A DNA stretch of 64,000 nt from the human T2T-CHM13v2.0 reference genome, Homo sapiens (GCF_009914755.1 NC_060930.1), one strand, 5' to 3'; positions 44,901 through 60,090 are shown, numbered from the stretch's first letter. Notes: a model not told the origin generated them from the sequence alone. Numbers and translations: made by a program.

Positions 44901-45680
44901 TGCAAGTCAGGTCATAACACTTCCTCTTACGGCAGTATATGGTCTATGCCATTATTACACCAACTGAAAGACCAGCTTTTCACAGGACTGCAGATACAGA
45001 GGTTTGGGTGAGCCATGCAGCAATTCATCTGTTAACAGGAGCTGTACCTGCCAGATGAAATACTTCATATTCAAGAGAGAGAGCGTGACCAATAGAAAAA
45101 GAGGCAAACGATATAAACAGACATTTATAGAAAAGGAAGTAAAGACAGCTGTTTAACATGTTCACATTTACTCTTGATAACCAAAATAAAAACACAATCA
45201 CAAATTATAAAATATCTCTGAAAGAATACATTGAAAAACCATTTGCCTTTGGCCAGGGGAACTCTGGCAGAAGACAGGGATGTGAGAGGTACTTCCCATA
45301 ATACACCCTTTTTAACCCTTTATAATCTGTACACAGTTACCCAAGTGCTGGAGTAATGTGGATTCCAGACATTTAAATTAAAAACATGTAGAAATAAAAA
45401 CTTGTTCATCCCAGCTGGAAGCTTCATCTGAATTTATAGGCTATCCAAGTGAAAAGATATTTTTGGGAGTTTATAAACCAAACATTAACATTATAATGTC
45501 TTAACTTTTTTTGTATATCACATCACAGATTATAGGACACTTTGACATATTATCTCAGTTGATCCTCACAGGATCCGGGACTGTGGCTCAGAAAGGTTAT
45601 GATTTGCTTAAAGTCACACAGCAAGCTGTATTCAATACCCACTGCAGTCCATTTATTTACATATCTGTCTCCCCTACTAG

Positions 45681-45821
45681 ATTCAGAGCTCATGACGCAA
45701 ACAAGACCACAATCTACGCCTTCCATTCCCAGTCCACTGCCGTTAGATGATGCTGGCTTAGAAAGGAGTCAGGGAAATGTGTCAGCTTCCTCTTTCATGG
45801 TCTTGGGGAACAGGGAAAGGG
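45681..45821 (+). CDS. ARID1B: Candidate alternative in-frame cassette exon of ARID1B, 141 nt / 47 aa (DSELMTQTRPQSTPSIPSPLPLDDAGLERSQGNVSASSFMVLGNRER)
   Basis: Acceptor atctgtctcccctactAG (45679-45680); strong donor GGG|GTGAGT (45822); length divisible by 3, phase 1-1 like its neighbours, no stop in the ARID1B frame. Usage is not proven from sequence alone. Confidence 0.55.
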
Positions 45822-46256
45822 GTGAGTCTCACCAAAAATAGAAAACAAGATTTCAGGAAGCTCTTTTAAGTGGTGCCATTGCAAAAGTAAATAATACAAA
45901 GAAAAAAATAGCTTTCAAGTTGTAATTTCTATGTAAGGAGGTAGATTCCACACCCAGTTGAACTTTGTCCCTAAGGTATGGGAAATTGATACTGTGAAGC
46001 AGCCTCATTTGAATTCGCTTTTTAATTCTACCTCCTTTTGGAAACTCCATCTCCTTTTTGCAAATGTGATTTTATGTGAAATGCCAGTGACAATTGAGAT
46101 AGTTCAAGTGGAACACTACATATGTATTTTTAAGGACTGAGTAAATAGAAAAAGAAATACCTTGCCTAGGTAAGAATTCTTAGCACTCATTTGAACAAAC
46201 CTTAAGCCTATAATGAGTGTCACAGAGGCCACAAAAACTTAAGAGTATCGTATACT

Positions 46257-46550
46257 GCTGGGCGCAGTGGTTTACACCTGTTATCCCAGCACTGTGGGAG
46301 GCTGAGGCAGACAGATCATTTGAGGTCAGGCGTTCGAGACCAGCCTGGCCAACATGGTGAAACCCCGTCTCTACTAAAAGTACAAAAATCAGCTGGGCAT
46401 GATGGCATGCACCTGTAATCCTAGCTACTCAGGAGGCTGAGGCAGGAGAATCACTTGAGGTTGGGAGGTGGAGGTTGTAGTGAGATGAGATCGTGCCACT
46501 GCACTCCAGCCTGGGTGACAGAGTAAGACTCCATCTCAAAAAAAAAAAAA
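46257..46550 (+). mobile_element. Alu (AluS-like)
   Basis: TSD aagagtatcgtata / aagaatatagtata. Confidence 0.95.
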
Positions 46551-47544
46551 GAATATAGTATATTATCAGAGCTTCCAAACCCTTTGGCATGGACACCTTC
46601 ATGGTTGGAGTGAAATTTAATGCTAATTAAAGGGCCTGTGTTATTTTCCTTAACTAAGGAAGAAAAAGCAATCGTTCTTTTCAAAGAAAGTAAGGGGAGA
46701 CCCACATGATCTCTATGAAATTGAAACACATTTTTTTATTAAACAGGACTCTATCTGAAACACTTGAGAATTTTATAGTAAAGCTTAGATAAATATTTCA
46801 TGTAACATCTTAAGATGCAATCATTCATAGTAATTTTAGTGCTCTGATTTCTGTTTGTTTTCAGATTGAATAAGCAAATGTTTTCTATGATGGTTTATAT
46901 CTGGAAGCTGCCAATTGAGCCCAATTTCATAAGGCTTATCTTTATAAATAAGTTAAATAGGATAATAAGAAATAGTTCAACTTACTTTTATTTTATGTCT
47001 ATCTCTTTAAACAGAAGCAATGTTAGACTATATCTCTTTTTTTAATTGAAATGTAAACTGTGGCCACCTTTGTAAATACAATATGCCATTTAACCTCCTT
47101 AAGCCAAACTTAGATCTGGGATTATCTTACCCTCCAGCTGCCTCAGTGGATTTTCTTTCGAAGCTACTGCTTTAGGTTCTCCTGAAGCAGAAACCTGCCC
47201 GTCTCCAGCTAGAGCCTTCACCTGGTAACGTGGGCCCCTCTCCCGAACATAAAACCCTGTGTTCTGAGAGTTGTTTTTCAAACTGTCCTTTGTTAGTGTG
47301 CTAGATGGATAATGTCAGCTTTTTCTCAAATCTATCTTGATTTGGGGTCCTCTTTGTCCTAATGAGTATTTCACAGCTCCATCTATGAACTCGCTTCCAT
47401 TTGCCTGGACTCCTGAGAGTGGAGGTACCTGGCCTTCCAGTGATGCATAAAGATGTGTTTTCTTTATCCATTTGAATCATCTACCCACCAAGCACCTATG
47501 TGTCGTACTCAGCACTCTGTTGGCCGCATGAAGAATTTAACATC

Positions 47545-48700
47545 CATTCATTTTTTTAAAAAGCAATAGTTTTGTTAACCACCACGTCCCACACGCTCTG
47601 CTAGGCACCAAGGATAGTGAACCCAGGTGTGATTCTTGCCCTCATGGAGCTAATGTTTTAGTGGGGAAGAGAGATGATAAGTGAGTCAAAATAAAATAAA
47701 GTGATTACCAGTGATTATGAAAAGTGCTATGAAGGAAGGTGAGTGGGAAAGGGCAAGGGTTGGTGTGACCTCTGATCAGGTGTCGAGGGAGGGCTGAGGG
47801 ATGAGAAGGACCCAGCAGTGTGGAGAGCAGATCGTGGGCGAGCCGGGAGGAGGGAACGGGGGAGAGAGGCTTTGCTGAGGGAAGGAGCACGATGTTGTCT
47901 TCTAGGAACTCTGGGACCTGCAGTGCAGTGGAGGGGGAGAAAGCTCTAGGAAATGGGGCTGAAGGGAGAAAGGCAGCAGCCAGAGCTCACGAGGTCTCAC
48001 AGACAGGGTCACGTGTGCATTTTATTCTAGCGCCAGTGGGAAGCCTTGATGATGTTTTGTTTTGTTTTGTTTTGTTTGAGATGGAATCTCACTGTATGGC
48101 CCAGGCTGGAGTGCAGGGGTGCCATCTCAGCTCACTGCAACCTCTGCCTTCTGAGTTCAAGCGATTCTCCTGCCTCAGCCTCCTGAGTAGCTGGGATTAC
48201 AGGCACCTGCCACCGTGCCCGGCTAATTTTTGTATTTTTAGTAGAGACAGGGTTTCACCATCTTGGCCAGGCTGGTCTTGAACTCCTGTCCTCGTGATCC
48301 ACCCACCTCGACCTCCCAGAGAGCTGGGATTACAGGCATGAGCCTCCACGCCCAGCCAGCCTTGATGAGTTTTATGCAGGGGAGAGATATGCTCTCATTT
48401 CCTTTTATATTCCTGAAAGTTATTCTGGCACCTTTGAGGAAAATGAACCAAAAGGAGCAAGACTGGGGTTAGCAAGGCTGAGTGGTCGGTGGTACAGCTG
48501 TGGTGTGGGCAGGAGAAGACACAACTGGGGCTGGCTTTGGTAGAAGTAGAAATAAGGAAGAAGTACCATGCACGATCTATGTCGGAGCGGAGTCACCAGG
48601 ATGTGCTGATGGATGGATCACACTTAGAGGAAAGAAGGAAAGGGTGGCCTTGTGGGCGTCCCATGTGTCTGAGGGAGCATTTGGAGGAGTGGCAGTACCA
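47545..48700 (-). mobile_element. L2 fragment interrupted by an Alu
   Basis: catccattcatt...ctctgctaggcacc...ttcttgccctcatggagctaatgttttagtgggg; purine-rich L2 body. Confidence 0.7.
48054..48361 (-). mobile_element. Alu (AluS-like)
   Basis: (TTTTG)n tail; TSD approximately ttgatga. Confidence 0.95.
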
Positions 48701-49396
48701 GTTACAGAGGTAGATAAGTCTCAAGACCCAACAGGTTTGAAGGAGAAAGTCAGAGGTTCTGCTGGGGCGCAGCAGAATACAGCGCAAGCCTGCAGTTGTT
48801 GGCAGTTGACCTGTAAGGGGTAGTGCCGAGTCAGGTATTCAGAAGTCTGCAGGCTCTTTAGGAGCCAAGTTTAATGGTTACTGCTTGAGGACACCAGAGG
48901 GGAGAAAAACAGCTCTGTGCAGGGAAGAGCTGGTACCCTGGGTCTGACGAGTGGGATCTTTGACCAGAGAGCTGCATCCCACAGATTGGGCAGGGAGCAA
49001 AGGCTTGGAGCAGGCACGCACGGCATGGCCAGCCTTTCAGGGGCAGAGGGTTTGCAGTACAGCAGTCGGTCACTGTTGCTTTTTGTAGGGATTTTATCTG
49101 CAAGAGAGGTTAAGGTCATTTGCCTTTTCTCCTCCTTCTCCCCTCCCTAATTGAAGTCCACAAGCCATTGGCTTCCTGGGAATCCTCTTGGGAATTCAGG
49201 GTTAGGACCAGGGTTTCACCAGGGCACCCTCCAGACCGTCCACGCTGAACTGAGATGTCTTTAGCTATTTTTTAGGAGAATCTTATGGTACCAGCCTTCT
49301 CCCCTGCCACCTGCCACATCAGTCCATGTCCATTTTTATGTATGCAGAGATTATGAAACACCTGCATTTATATGTTTCCATTTATTTCCCACTTAG

Positions 49397-49576
49397 GTTT
49401 TATGGCAGGCACACAAAGAAACCCTCAGATGGCTCAGTATGGACCTCAACAGACAGGACCATCCATGTCGCCTCATCCTTCTCCTGGGGGCCAGATGCAT
49501 GCTGGAATCAGTAGCTTTCAGCAGAGTAACTCAAGTGGGACTTACGGTCCACAGATGAGCCAGTATGGACCACAAG
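49397..49576 (+). CDS. ARID1B: ARID1B internal coding exon, 180 nt, phase 1 to 1 ([18 protein letters not shown]...[10 protein letters not shown])
   Basis: Acceptor tttatttcccacttAG at 49395-49396; donor AAG|GTAAAA at 49577; peptide matches ARID1B. Confidence 0.97.
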
Positions 49577-52409
49577 GTAAAACCAAAGCTTCTCCAAAAT
49601 GCATGGCAGCAAGTTGTAGAAATTTTCTTAATGTGCTAGTCCTTCAAGATTTTAATATTGTAAACATATCGTAAGATCCATTATCTGTTACCTGACAGGT
49701 TTGTGAGGTTCATACAAGCCCACAGTACTTTAGCTGCCCATAATGATGGGAGGAATAATTACAGCCACTATTGGTGAAACATTTATGTATCAGACACTTG
49801 GGTAGGTGCTCATCATCCTTGTGTTACTAGTGAAGTAGGGGACCCCTATCTTCTGTGACGTGGTTCTAAACGTAGAGAAAAAGACACAAGCCACGTTCTC
49901 AGGTTTCTGATGTCAAACTTGGGCTTTGTTGGGTTGGATTCTGGTTTGGCCCATCCCTCTTAGTGATCACCGTCAAAACCCTGAGCTGACGGCTCAGGAC
50001 GGCATTGCCCCGCACATCCCTCCCAGTTTCTCTCCGAGGTGCCGCATCAGGTCAGCAGTAGTTCTCACTTTCCCAGTCAACCCCAGTGTGACTCTTCGGA
50101 GACAGGACAAAGCCTGAAATGGTTACATGTCTTTCACAAGAGAAGATAAGGGAGGAGCAGAGAACTAGTGGAATCATGTCCAGCATGCACCATTGGCCTT
50201 CCTCCTTCCTGGAAGTGGATGTAGGTTTTGTCAGATACACACAGCATCCTTTTATCAAGGTTTTTAACCTGATGTGTGTAGGTATACATATATATATGTT
50301 TTTTCTAAGTCACTTTTAGCAATAAGACATTTGAATTTACCACCTTCCTTATATTTTGTTTATTTAAATTAGACATGAGTGGATAATTTAGAGAGAATGA
50401 GATAATCTGGCACAATTCCCAGAGTTCTCTCACTTCTGAAAATACCAGGAACATTCCAGGTGAAGATGATGAGTGCCACTGGGAAACTGTAGTAAAATGT
50501 TTACCACTTCTACAACAAAACCAGGTTTGCCTGGTGTAGCGCCTTAGTATTTCCTAGAGGCCAGGCAAATAGAAGGTGAGGCCCAGTCACCTTTTTACCT
50601 GCTGGTTCTCAGAAAATCGCATCTTTCTGATGTATAGTACTTTACAGCTTGAAAAGCGAGTTATTATCTTGTGTTCTGAAGATGTTTTTCCGAAAGATCT
50701 TAAACAGTTTCAGTGCTACCAATGGAGCATTGTTTCTTTGCCTTAGAGGGCTTTGTTATATTTACTTTCCAAATATTTCTGTTGGTAGGAAGACTATGGG
50801 GATACCCAAGAAAGCAAACGTCTGTATAGAGCCTCTCCTGCCTTTGTTCTAGGCTTGTCCTGAGAGTGAGACTTGGTGTTTTGCCCAATTCTCTTTATAT
50901 CACATCATCAAGAGTTTTCCATGTTAGTAATTCCAGTAAGCGTTAGGAATTTCAGTCCCAGTTGACAGTAATGGTCTGCTTGTTCCCTGTCAGTGCCCGG
51001 TAACTATGACATGTAGCAGTTTGTTGCAGAGCAGAGGCAGGACTGTGGGTCACCCACCATCCTTACTGAACGTGGTGGGTGTCGTCAAAGCCAGGTTTCT
51101 TTAGCTGTCATGGAAAGAAGAGAGCTTAGTGGCAGTTGGAAAAACGGTTTGTAACTTGTGGTAGGCACAGAAAATGCGGGCTTTTGCTCCTAATGTAATT
51201 GGAAGCAAGATGCAGACCTTGTTCTCAGAATTGGGTGTGGCTGAAGGTCTAGGAGTTAACTCTTAAGTCCATAAGCCCTTCCTGGACTCTGAAATTTGTC
51301 TCCATACTCTCAAGTAATTCAATCTTGTAGCCTCTTTTTCTACTCATCATATGTGAAGACTGAGCCTTGGGCTATCTAGTAAGTCTTTTGTGAACAACTA
51401 AGGAAGAACTTTTGCTATAGGAATTAATAGCAGGGAAGGAAATTACTATAGAATGGATTTTTTTTTTTTTTTACTAAATCCCTGTTTTTCAGTATCATTG
51501 AATGTGAAGACTCTTAATTTAAGAGCACTAAGCCCAGGAGAGTTCTTATCCAAACTGCTGTGTCTCCTTGGAAAACTGCTTACTCTTTCTGAAGTTCTTT
51601 TTGTCTAGAAAATGAGAAAATGAGATTATATTATGTTGGCATTTGCTTCCACTTCTAATGTTCTACGAATAAAGCCTTGCTTCAGTTCCAGGACCTTTAC
51701 TGTTACGGTAGCCCACTGGGTTCCTGCATCACAGTTCAGCTTTTTGTTTGAGTGTTTTAAGGCATGAACCTTGAGTGTAGGTTAATAGTAGAAACGATCT
51801 GAAATGAGAATGAATATTCCCACACTCAGCACTCTCTGGTGCCTGAAAGTTGGGCACCCCTCCCAGCACCATGCACCCTTTTCTCCTCTCCTGAGTGACA
51901 CTGCCACCTTGTTCCCCTCCAAGGCATATGTGCTCCTGGGTTCCTGCATCAGCTCGGAGCGCTGTGTGCTGTGAGGGTCCTGGTACTCTCAATGTCCAAA
52001 TCAAAATCATCACCTTTTCCGCCTTGGAGCCTCCTGTCCTCAGCAAACACTCAGCAACAGGAGATCACATTTGCAATGTGTTGTTGAGTTCAATAAATAC
52101 TCTTCACTTTTTCTGTCTTTGTTATCCTTTTAGAAAGGGATCCTAATAAAGGGTTTTTTTTCTTTCTCCTCTTGATTAACTACTCAGATTATTAGTGACA
52201 TATTCAGCTTCCTTCTTTGCATTAGAAGTGTTCATATCTCTGGAATGATTCACTCATGCAGCCACCCAAGATGTCATCAGTCTCCTTTTTCTGTTTTTGT
52301 TCTTAACTTCATGGCTTGCTTCTGGTTTTGCTTTTTTAAAGAAGTTTCAAATATTTCACAGCCGTTTTACTCATATTTTATATGAGAAGCTTTTCCAAAA
52401 TTGTTAGTA

Positions 52410-52620
52410 ATAACAACCAGCATTTATTGAACATGTTACTATGTCCTGGGTCCTATTTTCTAAGTGTTTTTTATATATTAACTCATTTAATCGTCACAGA
52501 AGTTGCTGTTATTACTCCACTTTACAGAGGAAGAAACTGAGGCACAGAACAGGTGAATAGTTTTGCCTGGATGCACAGTGACTACAATGGTCAAGCCAGG
52601 ATCCAAACCCAGGCTGATTC
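52410..52620 (-). mobile_element. MIR
   Basis: catttattgaacatgttactatgtcc...actcatttaatc...tttacagaggaagaaactgaggcacaga. Confidence 0.85.
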
Positions 52621-52848
52621 ACCCATTCTCTTAATTAACGGGAAGCCCTCTGAGGCTGTCTCTATTTTGTAAATGAGAACACCAAAGCCTTGAGAAATTT
52701 AATAATTCGGCCATGATCCCACAGCTGTTACAGTAAGTGGCTGGGCCAGGGTTCCCACCAGCAGAAACTGACTTACGAGGGGCCTCTCGCGTGGTCATTG
52801 GCGGTGTTGCTTCCCACACCTGAGCTGCACTGCCTTCTCACCGGTTCA

Positions 52849-53571
<723 letters not shown>

Positions 53572-54567
53572 TTCTATGATGTGAAGAAGGGGGAATGTTA
53601 GAAATGTATATTAGTACTATAAAATCTGAATTTTTAAATAAATGAAGCCAATATAAATGTGTAAAAATACTTAATTACAGTATATTTTATGAAATAGCAC
53701 TTTGCCACCTTCAAGCAAGCACATGTAATAATAACTACCCTTGCAAAGTGTTTGCAAGGAAAGAGGACTGTGGGGACTTGCTTTAATAAGTAGAAAGGAT
53801 TATGTAATTAACATGTTAATTATTAATAAGTGAGTTTGTATGGGAAAAAGAGAGCTAAAATCAATTTCATGTCCATAGCCTTTTTATTTCTTAAGGACAA
53901 AACTATCTTGTTTGTTTTTTGTGTTCTCTAGAGGAATGTCTATCACACTGACTATCCAGAAATACTTTTTGCATGTTGTTATTAGTTACAAAATATAAAC
54001 ACTCGGGCCTTAGTTTTGCTGTGAGTAAGTAGAGTTACCTTGGGCAAGTAACAGTAGTTCTGAGTCTAGATTGCTCCCAGGCCTCACTCACTCTGTAATA
54101 GCCTATGGGAGTCTGGGAAGGGCCACCACACACAGCCATATGGGTCGTGCTGACACCTGGGTTTATGCCTGATTTTTATTGTGTGTGTCTTAGAAAGCAG
54201 AGGACTTACAAGTAGGTGTAAATTATTTCTAAATTACTTTGGTAAAGGTGTTTTTCAGAAGGGTTTAAAGATTTTTTTTTTCACTAAAATAAATTAGATG
54301 CCATCTAGAAATTTTCCTTTTCCCTTCATTCATTATATGTGTCTCATAAGTTCAACAAAGGCAAACTTTAAATGATATTCAGTTGAAATGAATACAGTTC
54401 CAAACTACTGAATTACACAGCAATACTCTTAAATTGTGGTTCTAGAGGGGCAAGGTCTAGATGTCAAGAGTTGTGGGGCCCCTGGCTACTTGTGGGTACC
54501 TTGTAGGCCCTGCAGTCACTGAGACCCAGGATTTCAGTCTCTACTCTTCTAAGTTCAGAACCTCCAT

Positions 54568-54891
54568 CTTTGGTTGGTTGGTTGGTTGGTTGGTTGGTTG
54601 GTTGGTTGGTTAGTTGGTTGTTGAGACAGAGTCTCACTCTGTCACCCAGGCTGGAGTGCAGTGATGCAACCTTGACTCACTGCAACCTCGAGCTCTTGGG
54701 CTAAAGGGATTCTCCCACCTCAGCCTCTCTAGTAGCTGGGACCACAGACATGCACCCCACGCCGGGCTAATTTTTTTTGTATTTTTTGTAGAGACAAGGT
54801 TTCAGCATGTTGCCCAAGCTAGTTTCAAACTCCTGGGCTCACATGATCCACCCACCTCGGCCTCCCAAAGTGCTAGGATTACAGGCATGAG
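54568..54891 (-). mobile_element. AluJ-like with a (GGTT)n microsatellite tail
   Basis: About 12 TTGG units at 54570-54620 followed by an antisense Alu body. Confidence 0.9.
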
Positions 54892-56092
54892 AGAACCTTG
54901 GTCTTATTATTGAATTGGCTTAAATGCAGCTGCTCTTCTGCAGATGTGGGGTCTGTCTGCCACATAGATTCATTCTGTGCAGTCAAAAGACTTCCCCTGG
55001 ATGGTGATGCAGATTGACAAGATCCTCTTCTCTGACGTTCCAAAGACTAGATTCTGTGCAGGTCACTCGCCCTTCAGTGTGCTCATTTTATTGTTTTCTT
55101 CAAACAGGTTGATGCACTTGATAAGGCCACAGCTTCTTCTTATCTTAACCTTGTTTTTTGGTTAAATCGACAGTGCAAAGCAAAAGGATTAATTCCTTCT
55201 TCTATACTGTTATGTTTTACTAAGGAAATATACTAAATCTGTTTTGCTAATATTAGAAAAAACAAAAATTGAATTGGATTATTTCATAGCAAAGGATAGG
55301 TGAACGTAATCAAGTCTTCTTGTGATGCCTGAATCTAGCCTTCAAGTTATAAGACGTAAGCGTGAATTTTTCTTAGACTGATAATCATCATGATTTTGAT
55401 AAGATCATCACATCATGATCTTAACAAAACCTGGGAATTAGGGAGAAAAAGGAAAATATACAGTACAAATCAACTTAAAATGAAAAAAGAAAAAAATCAA
55501 GCAACTTTAATTTTGACTCTTGTGAGGCTAATTGTTTTACTGCAGTAATTAACATCAGCAGTACTTAAGAGGGGCACACCTCCTGCCCTCACCGTGTGAC
55601 CGAGCGCACCACCGTACGCACCATGTCAGGTGGGCTTCATTAAGACAGCGGTGGGTGGCACCTAGAGAGGCAGGGTGTGGACATGCAGCTTCACTTGCCC
55701 TCTTAGCAAGGTACCTTTTCCCGAGGTCCATCGCTCTTCCATTTATTCGAATGTTTAAAAGGAAATTACCTGTTGACACATTTCACAAATCTGTCAGAGC
55801 TGCACCAGGCACCCTGGAGAAGGGTCCCTCCACCTGTGGTTAGCGGCAGCCGATCGGGACCCTCCCTGGCCCGCCTGCAGGGGGTGCCTTTCCCCTGCAG
55901 TCTGTGTGGGGCATGCAGTGCACAGCAGCTGAGCCTGGAGACACAGCCTCTGGAGTGTGCTTCTGATGGTTAGACGCATTCGGTTCTTACCATAGAGACT
56001 TGACTGTTCACACTGCAGTTGACTATTGGGTTGGGTTAATAGCTATATATATATATATTAAACTATATATAGAGAGAGCTATATATATAATT

Positions 56093-56392
<300 letters not shown>

Positions 56393-56556
56393 TTTTTATA
56401 TATTTTTTAATGTCAGTGCTTACCTTTTATACATTCTATTTAAGGAATAAATTGCGTATCTGTGCGTGATGAAAGTAAAACTAGGGATATAGTGCAATAT
56501 GATGATGTAAAGATAGTTTCTCTTCACTAATTATAAAGTTATTAGAACACTTTTTG

Positions 56557-56882
<326 letters not shown>

Positions 56883-57239
56883 TTATCTATTCATTGTCAG
56901 TTGTCCAACCATAGTTACTATATTTTTTTCCCTGCAGCAACCACATGAGACAGAGAATCTTTTATTGTACCCTTTTTATAGAGGAAGAAACTGAGCTTTG
57001 GAGTAACACGTAGCTTTCCAGAGGTCACCTGCCCAGAACCAGATGGCGAGACCCACCTCCTGGGAGGCCTTTCTTCTTCACTTGCTGCCTCGATGTCAGA
57101 TGCTGGCCTCTGAGCATACCCACGTGTCCTTGGGGTCCGCCTCTGACGTTAGCCCTGGTCCGGGATCCGCTTCTGCCCCGGGAGAGGCAGCGGCCTTCCA
57201 CATGGCTCCCTTCCCCTCAGCACTCTGCAGAGTCCTCCC

Positions 57240-57420
57240 TCCTGTGTTTCTCATCATCACTCTCGTCACCTCATGACATGTTCTTGATTTCTTTACTTGC
57301 CTGTTTCCTGCCACCAGGACATAAGCTCTTGTCTTCATTCACTGCTGAATCCCCAGCATTTAGCACAGAGCCTGGCATGTAAGAGGCCCTTAATAACTCT
57401 TTCTTAAATGAATGAATTTT
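57240..57420 (+). mobile_element. L2 3' end
   Basis: ttcactgctgaatccccagcatttagcacagagcctggcatgtaagaggccct...aatgaatgaat. Confidence 0.8.
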
Positions 57421-57989
57421 GCTAAGGCAGAGTAATCCAGAGTCACTGATACTCCGTCCCCTCCTGCCTTGAAGCTTGACCAGTATTGGGTTGACCATTC
57501 GATGCCTAAGAGCAGTACCTGGTATATTATCCTTGTGGAGTGAGACTAAGGATAATTTTTGTCTGTTTCTGTGCTTCCATATTTTCTGCATTGAGCGTGC
57601 ATTACTTTGTAATTAAAAAGGAAGACAATAATTGTTGTAACATAAATGGAAAAAAACTACCAAAAGTGAAACATTGAAGTGACACTGTAAGGTAAGATAA
57701 TAGGTCTTTCTCCTTCTTTTACACACTTTGTGTAATATTGTAAGTTTTACATTTTAAAGAATTTTAAAATGCATATTGACCTAAGAGAAATATGGTACCT
57801 TATGTATAGTTCAGAAAACAAATTCTCTCTATTTATTCCCACAAATAGGATTTAATGCAACTTGCGGTAAGTCAGCTTTCATTTTGATGAACCTGTATTT
57901 GTGATCATCTACTTGATGCATTTCTCTGGCTGAAAGAGCAGCATTGTGTGATAGATCTAAGTAGAAAGATAGAATTGAAAGAAGCTGTA

Positions 57990-58700
57990 TTGAAATAGAA
58001 CTTTATTTTTCACAGAAAAGATCTTACTTAAATATGATAACCAGCAAATAAACACATGGAAAATCCTCAAAATTTTTTTCATTAGGGAAATGAAAACTAA
58101 AGCCACGTTGATTTCTATTACATACTGATTCGAATGGCTAATTTTTTTAAGTTGGAATATCAAGTGCTGGCAGTTAGAACTCTCACACAGTATTTGATGG
58201 GAATATATACAAAATAGTACAGCCACAGTTTGGCAGTTTCTTATAAACACGTACTTACCATACAGCCAGCAATCTAATTTCTAGGGTTTTACCAAGAAAG
58301 ATGAAACATATTCCTACCACACAAAGACCTGTATACAAATTTTTAGCAGCTCTACTCGTAATTGCCAAAAACTGGAAACCATATCCAAGAATGGACTACT
58401 ACTCAGCACTGAAAGGGAATGTACAGATGCATGCAACGGTGTGGATGGATGTCAAAGGCATAATGCTAAGAAGCCAGCCACGAAAGCCTATACTGTGTGA
58501 CTCCATGTGACGTTGTAGAGAAATAAAATGACATGAACGGAAATCAGATCAGTGGTTGCCAGGGGGTGGCATGGGGATAAGGTTGACTTATAGAAGGGGA
58601 AGAGGGAACTTTTCCCTCCTTTCATTTCTTGTGAGAGAAATATTCTGTACCTTGATTGTGCTGTCGATTACAGGATTATAGAATTTTTTATATCTCAATA
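57990..58700 (+). mobile_element. Old L1M 3' region
   Basis: cattagggaaatgaaaactaaagccac...gtttggcagtttcttataaa...aaatcagatcagtggttgccaggg. Confidence 0.8.
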
Positions 58701-58712
58701 TAGACATGACAA

Positions 58713-59033
58713 AGCCGGGCACATTGGCTCACGCCTGTAATCACAGCACTTTGGGAGGCCCGCGCGGGTATATTGTTTGAGGCCAGGTGTTTGAGACTAG
58801 CCCGGGCAACATGACAAAACCCTGTGTCTACTAAAAATACAAAAATTGCCCTAGCATGGTAGTACACACCTGTAAACCCAGCTACTTAGGAGGCTCAAGT
58901 GGGAGGATCGCTTAAACTCAGGAGGCAGAGGTTGCAGTGAGCCGGGATCACGTCACTGCACTCCAGCCTGGATGACAGAGCAAGACTCTGTCTCAAAAAC
59001 AACAACAATAACAAAAACAACAACAAAAAAAAC
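58713..59033 (+). mobile_element. Alu (AluJ-like)
   Basis: Sense Alu with (AAC)n tail. Confidence 0.9.
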
Positions 59034-59909
59034 AATATTTTGTAGTAACTGTTATAAAAATGGTAAACATCACTGGCTACAAAACAAGATAAATGCATAT
59101 TTAGCCCTAATTCACAACTGCCTTTATCATAGTATGTAGCTAATTATGCATTTCTTTTTTCCACAAGGGTAAGATTTCTGATTTATTGCATTCACCTCCA
59201 TTTTCTCCTCCATCATATAGGGAATGACGCAGAACCTTGCCCATAGTAGTTGTTCATAACTGTTGAGTGATTGGAACTTAGAAGCAAAATTTCGTATATG
59301 AGTGGAAACATTTAGTAGTTTACAAAAAGCAGTAAGCTCTGAGTATGCATTGCAACTATCAACTTTAAATATTCTGGAGTCAGGTATAGAAATTTTTGTG
59401 ATCTGCCTGAAATGATGATGGTGACTTGAATAGGGTCTAGCTTCTGCTTCCTCTCTCTGGTGCTTGAATGGAACTCCTGGTGGGTAGAAATCTGAATTCA
59501 TTTGGTGACCAATTTTCCAAAGCTAGTGTGCCAAGATGAACCCACTTGAAAACTGTGGGTCCTTGGACTTGGCTGCAAGACCAGTCCAGCTGAGGTGGGC
59601 TGGCCCAGCATCTGCCGCCTTCATTGTGCTTAATGCTGGATCCATCTGTTTTCTGTCAAAGCCAGTGCCAACAAATTACTAACCTATTAGAGAAACATGG
59701 AAATAAGATTGCACTTCTCATTCCTGGCTTTTCCTCTCATATTTTGCTTGGCTTACATATTTGGTTTTTGTTTATTTTGGGAAGAAAGATACGTTATCGA
59801 GTAGTTGGGGGGGGCATGAATCATTTTTCACCCCATGCACACATTTTTAAAAGATGGGGGGGGTGATGTTAGTGATGTTGTTATGGCCATTGATGACGAT
59901 GGCAGCTGT

Positions 59910-60090
59910 CATTTGTTAGGCAGTGCGGTGCCTGGCGCTGTACTTGTTACTTTCAACCTCTTACTCATTATCGTAGTCACTTTACAGATGACAGAACCAC
60001 AGTTCAGAGAGGTTAAACCACTTGTCACGCTGCTAGGGAGTGTCAGAACCAGTATTCACACCCAGATGCTGAAGCCTGTGCTTTATCCAT
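59910..60090 (-). mobile_element. MIR
   Basis: cactttacagatgacagaaccacagttcagagaggttaaaccacttg. Confidence 0.7.

Noticed and set aside
55400-55423. 9-bp hairpin taagatcat-N6-atgatctta
   Set aside because: Short and AT-rich; expected by chance in 64 kb.
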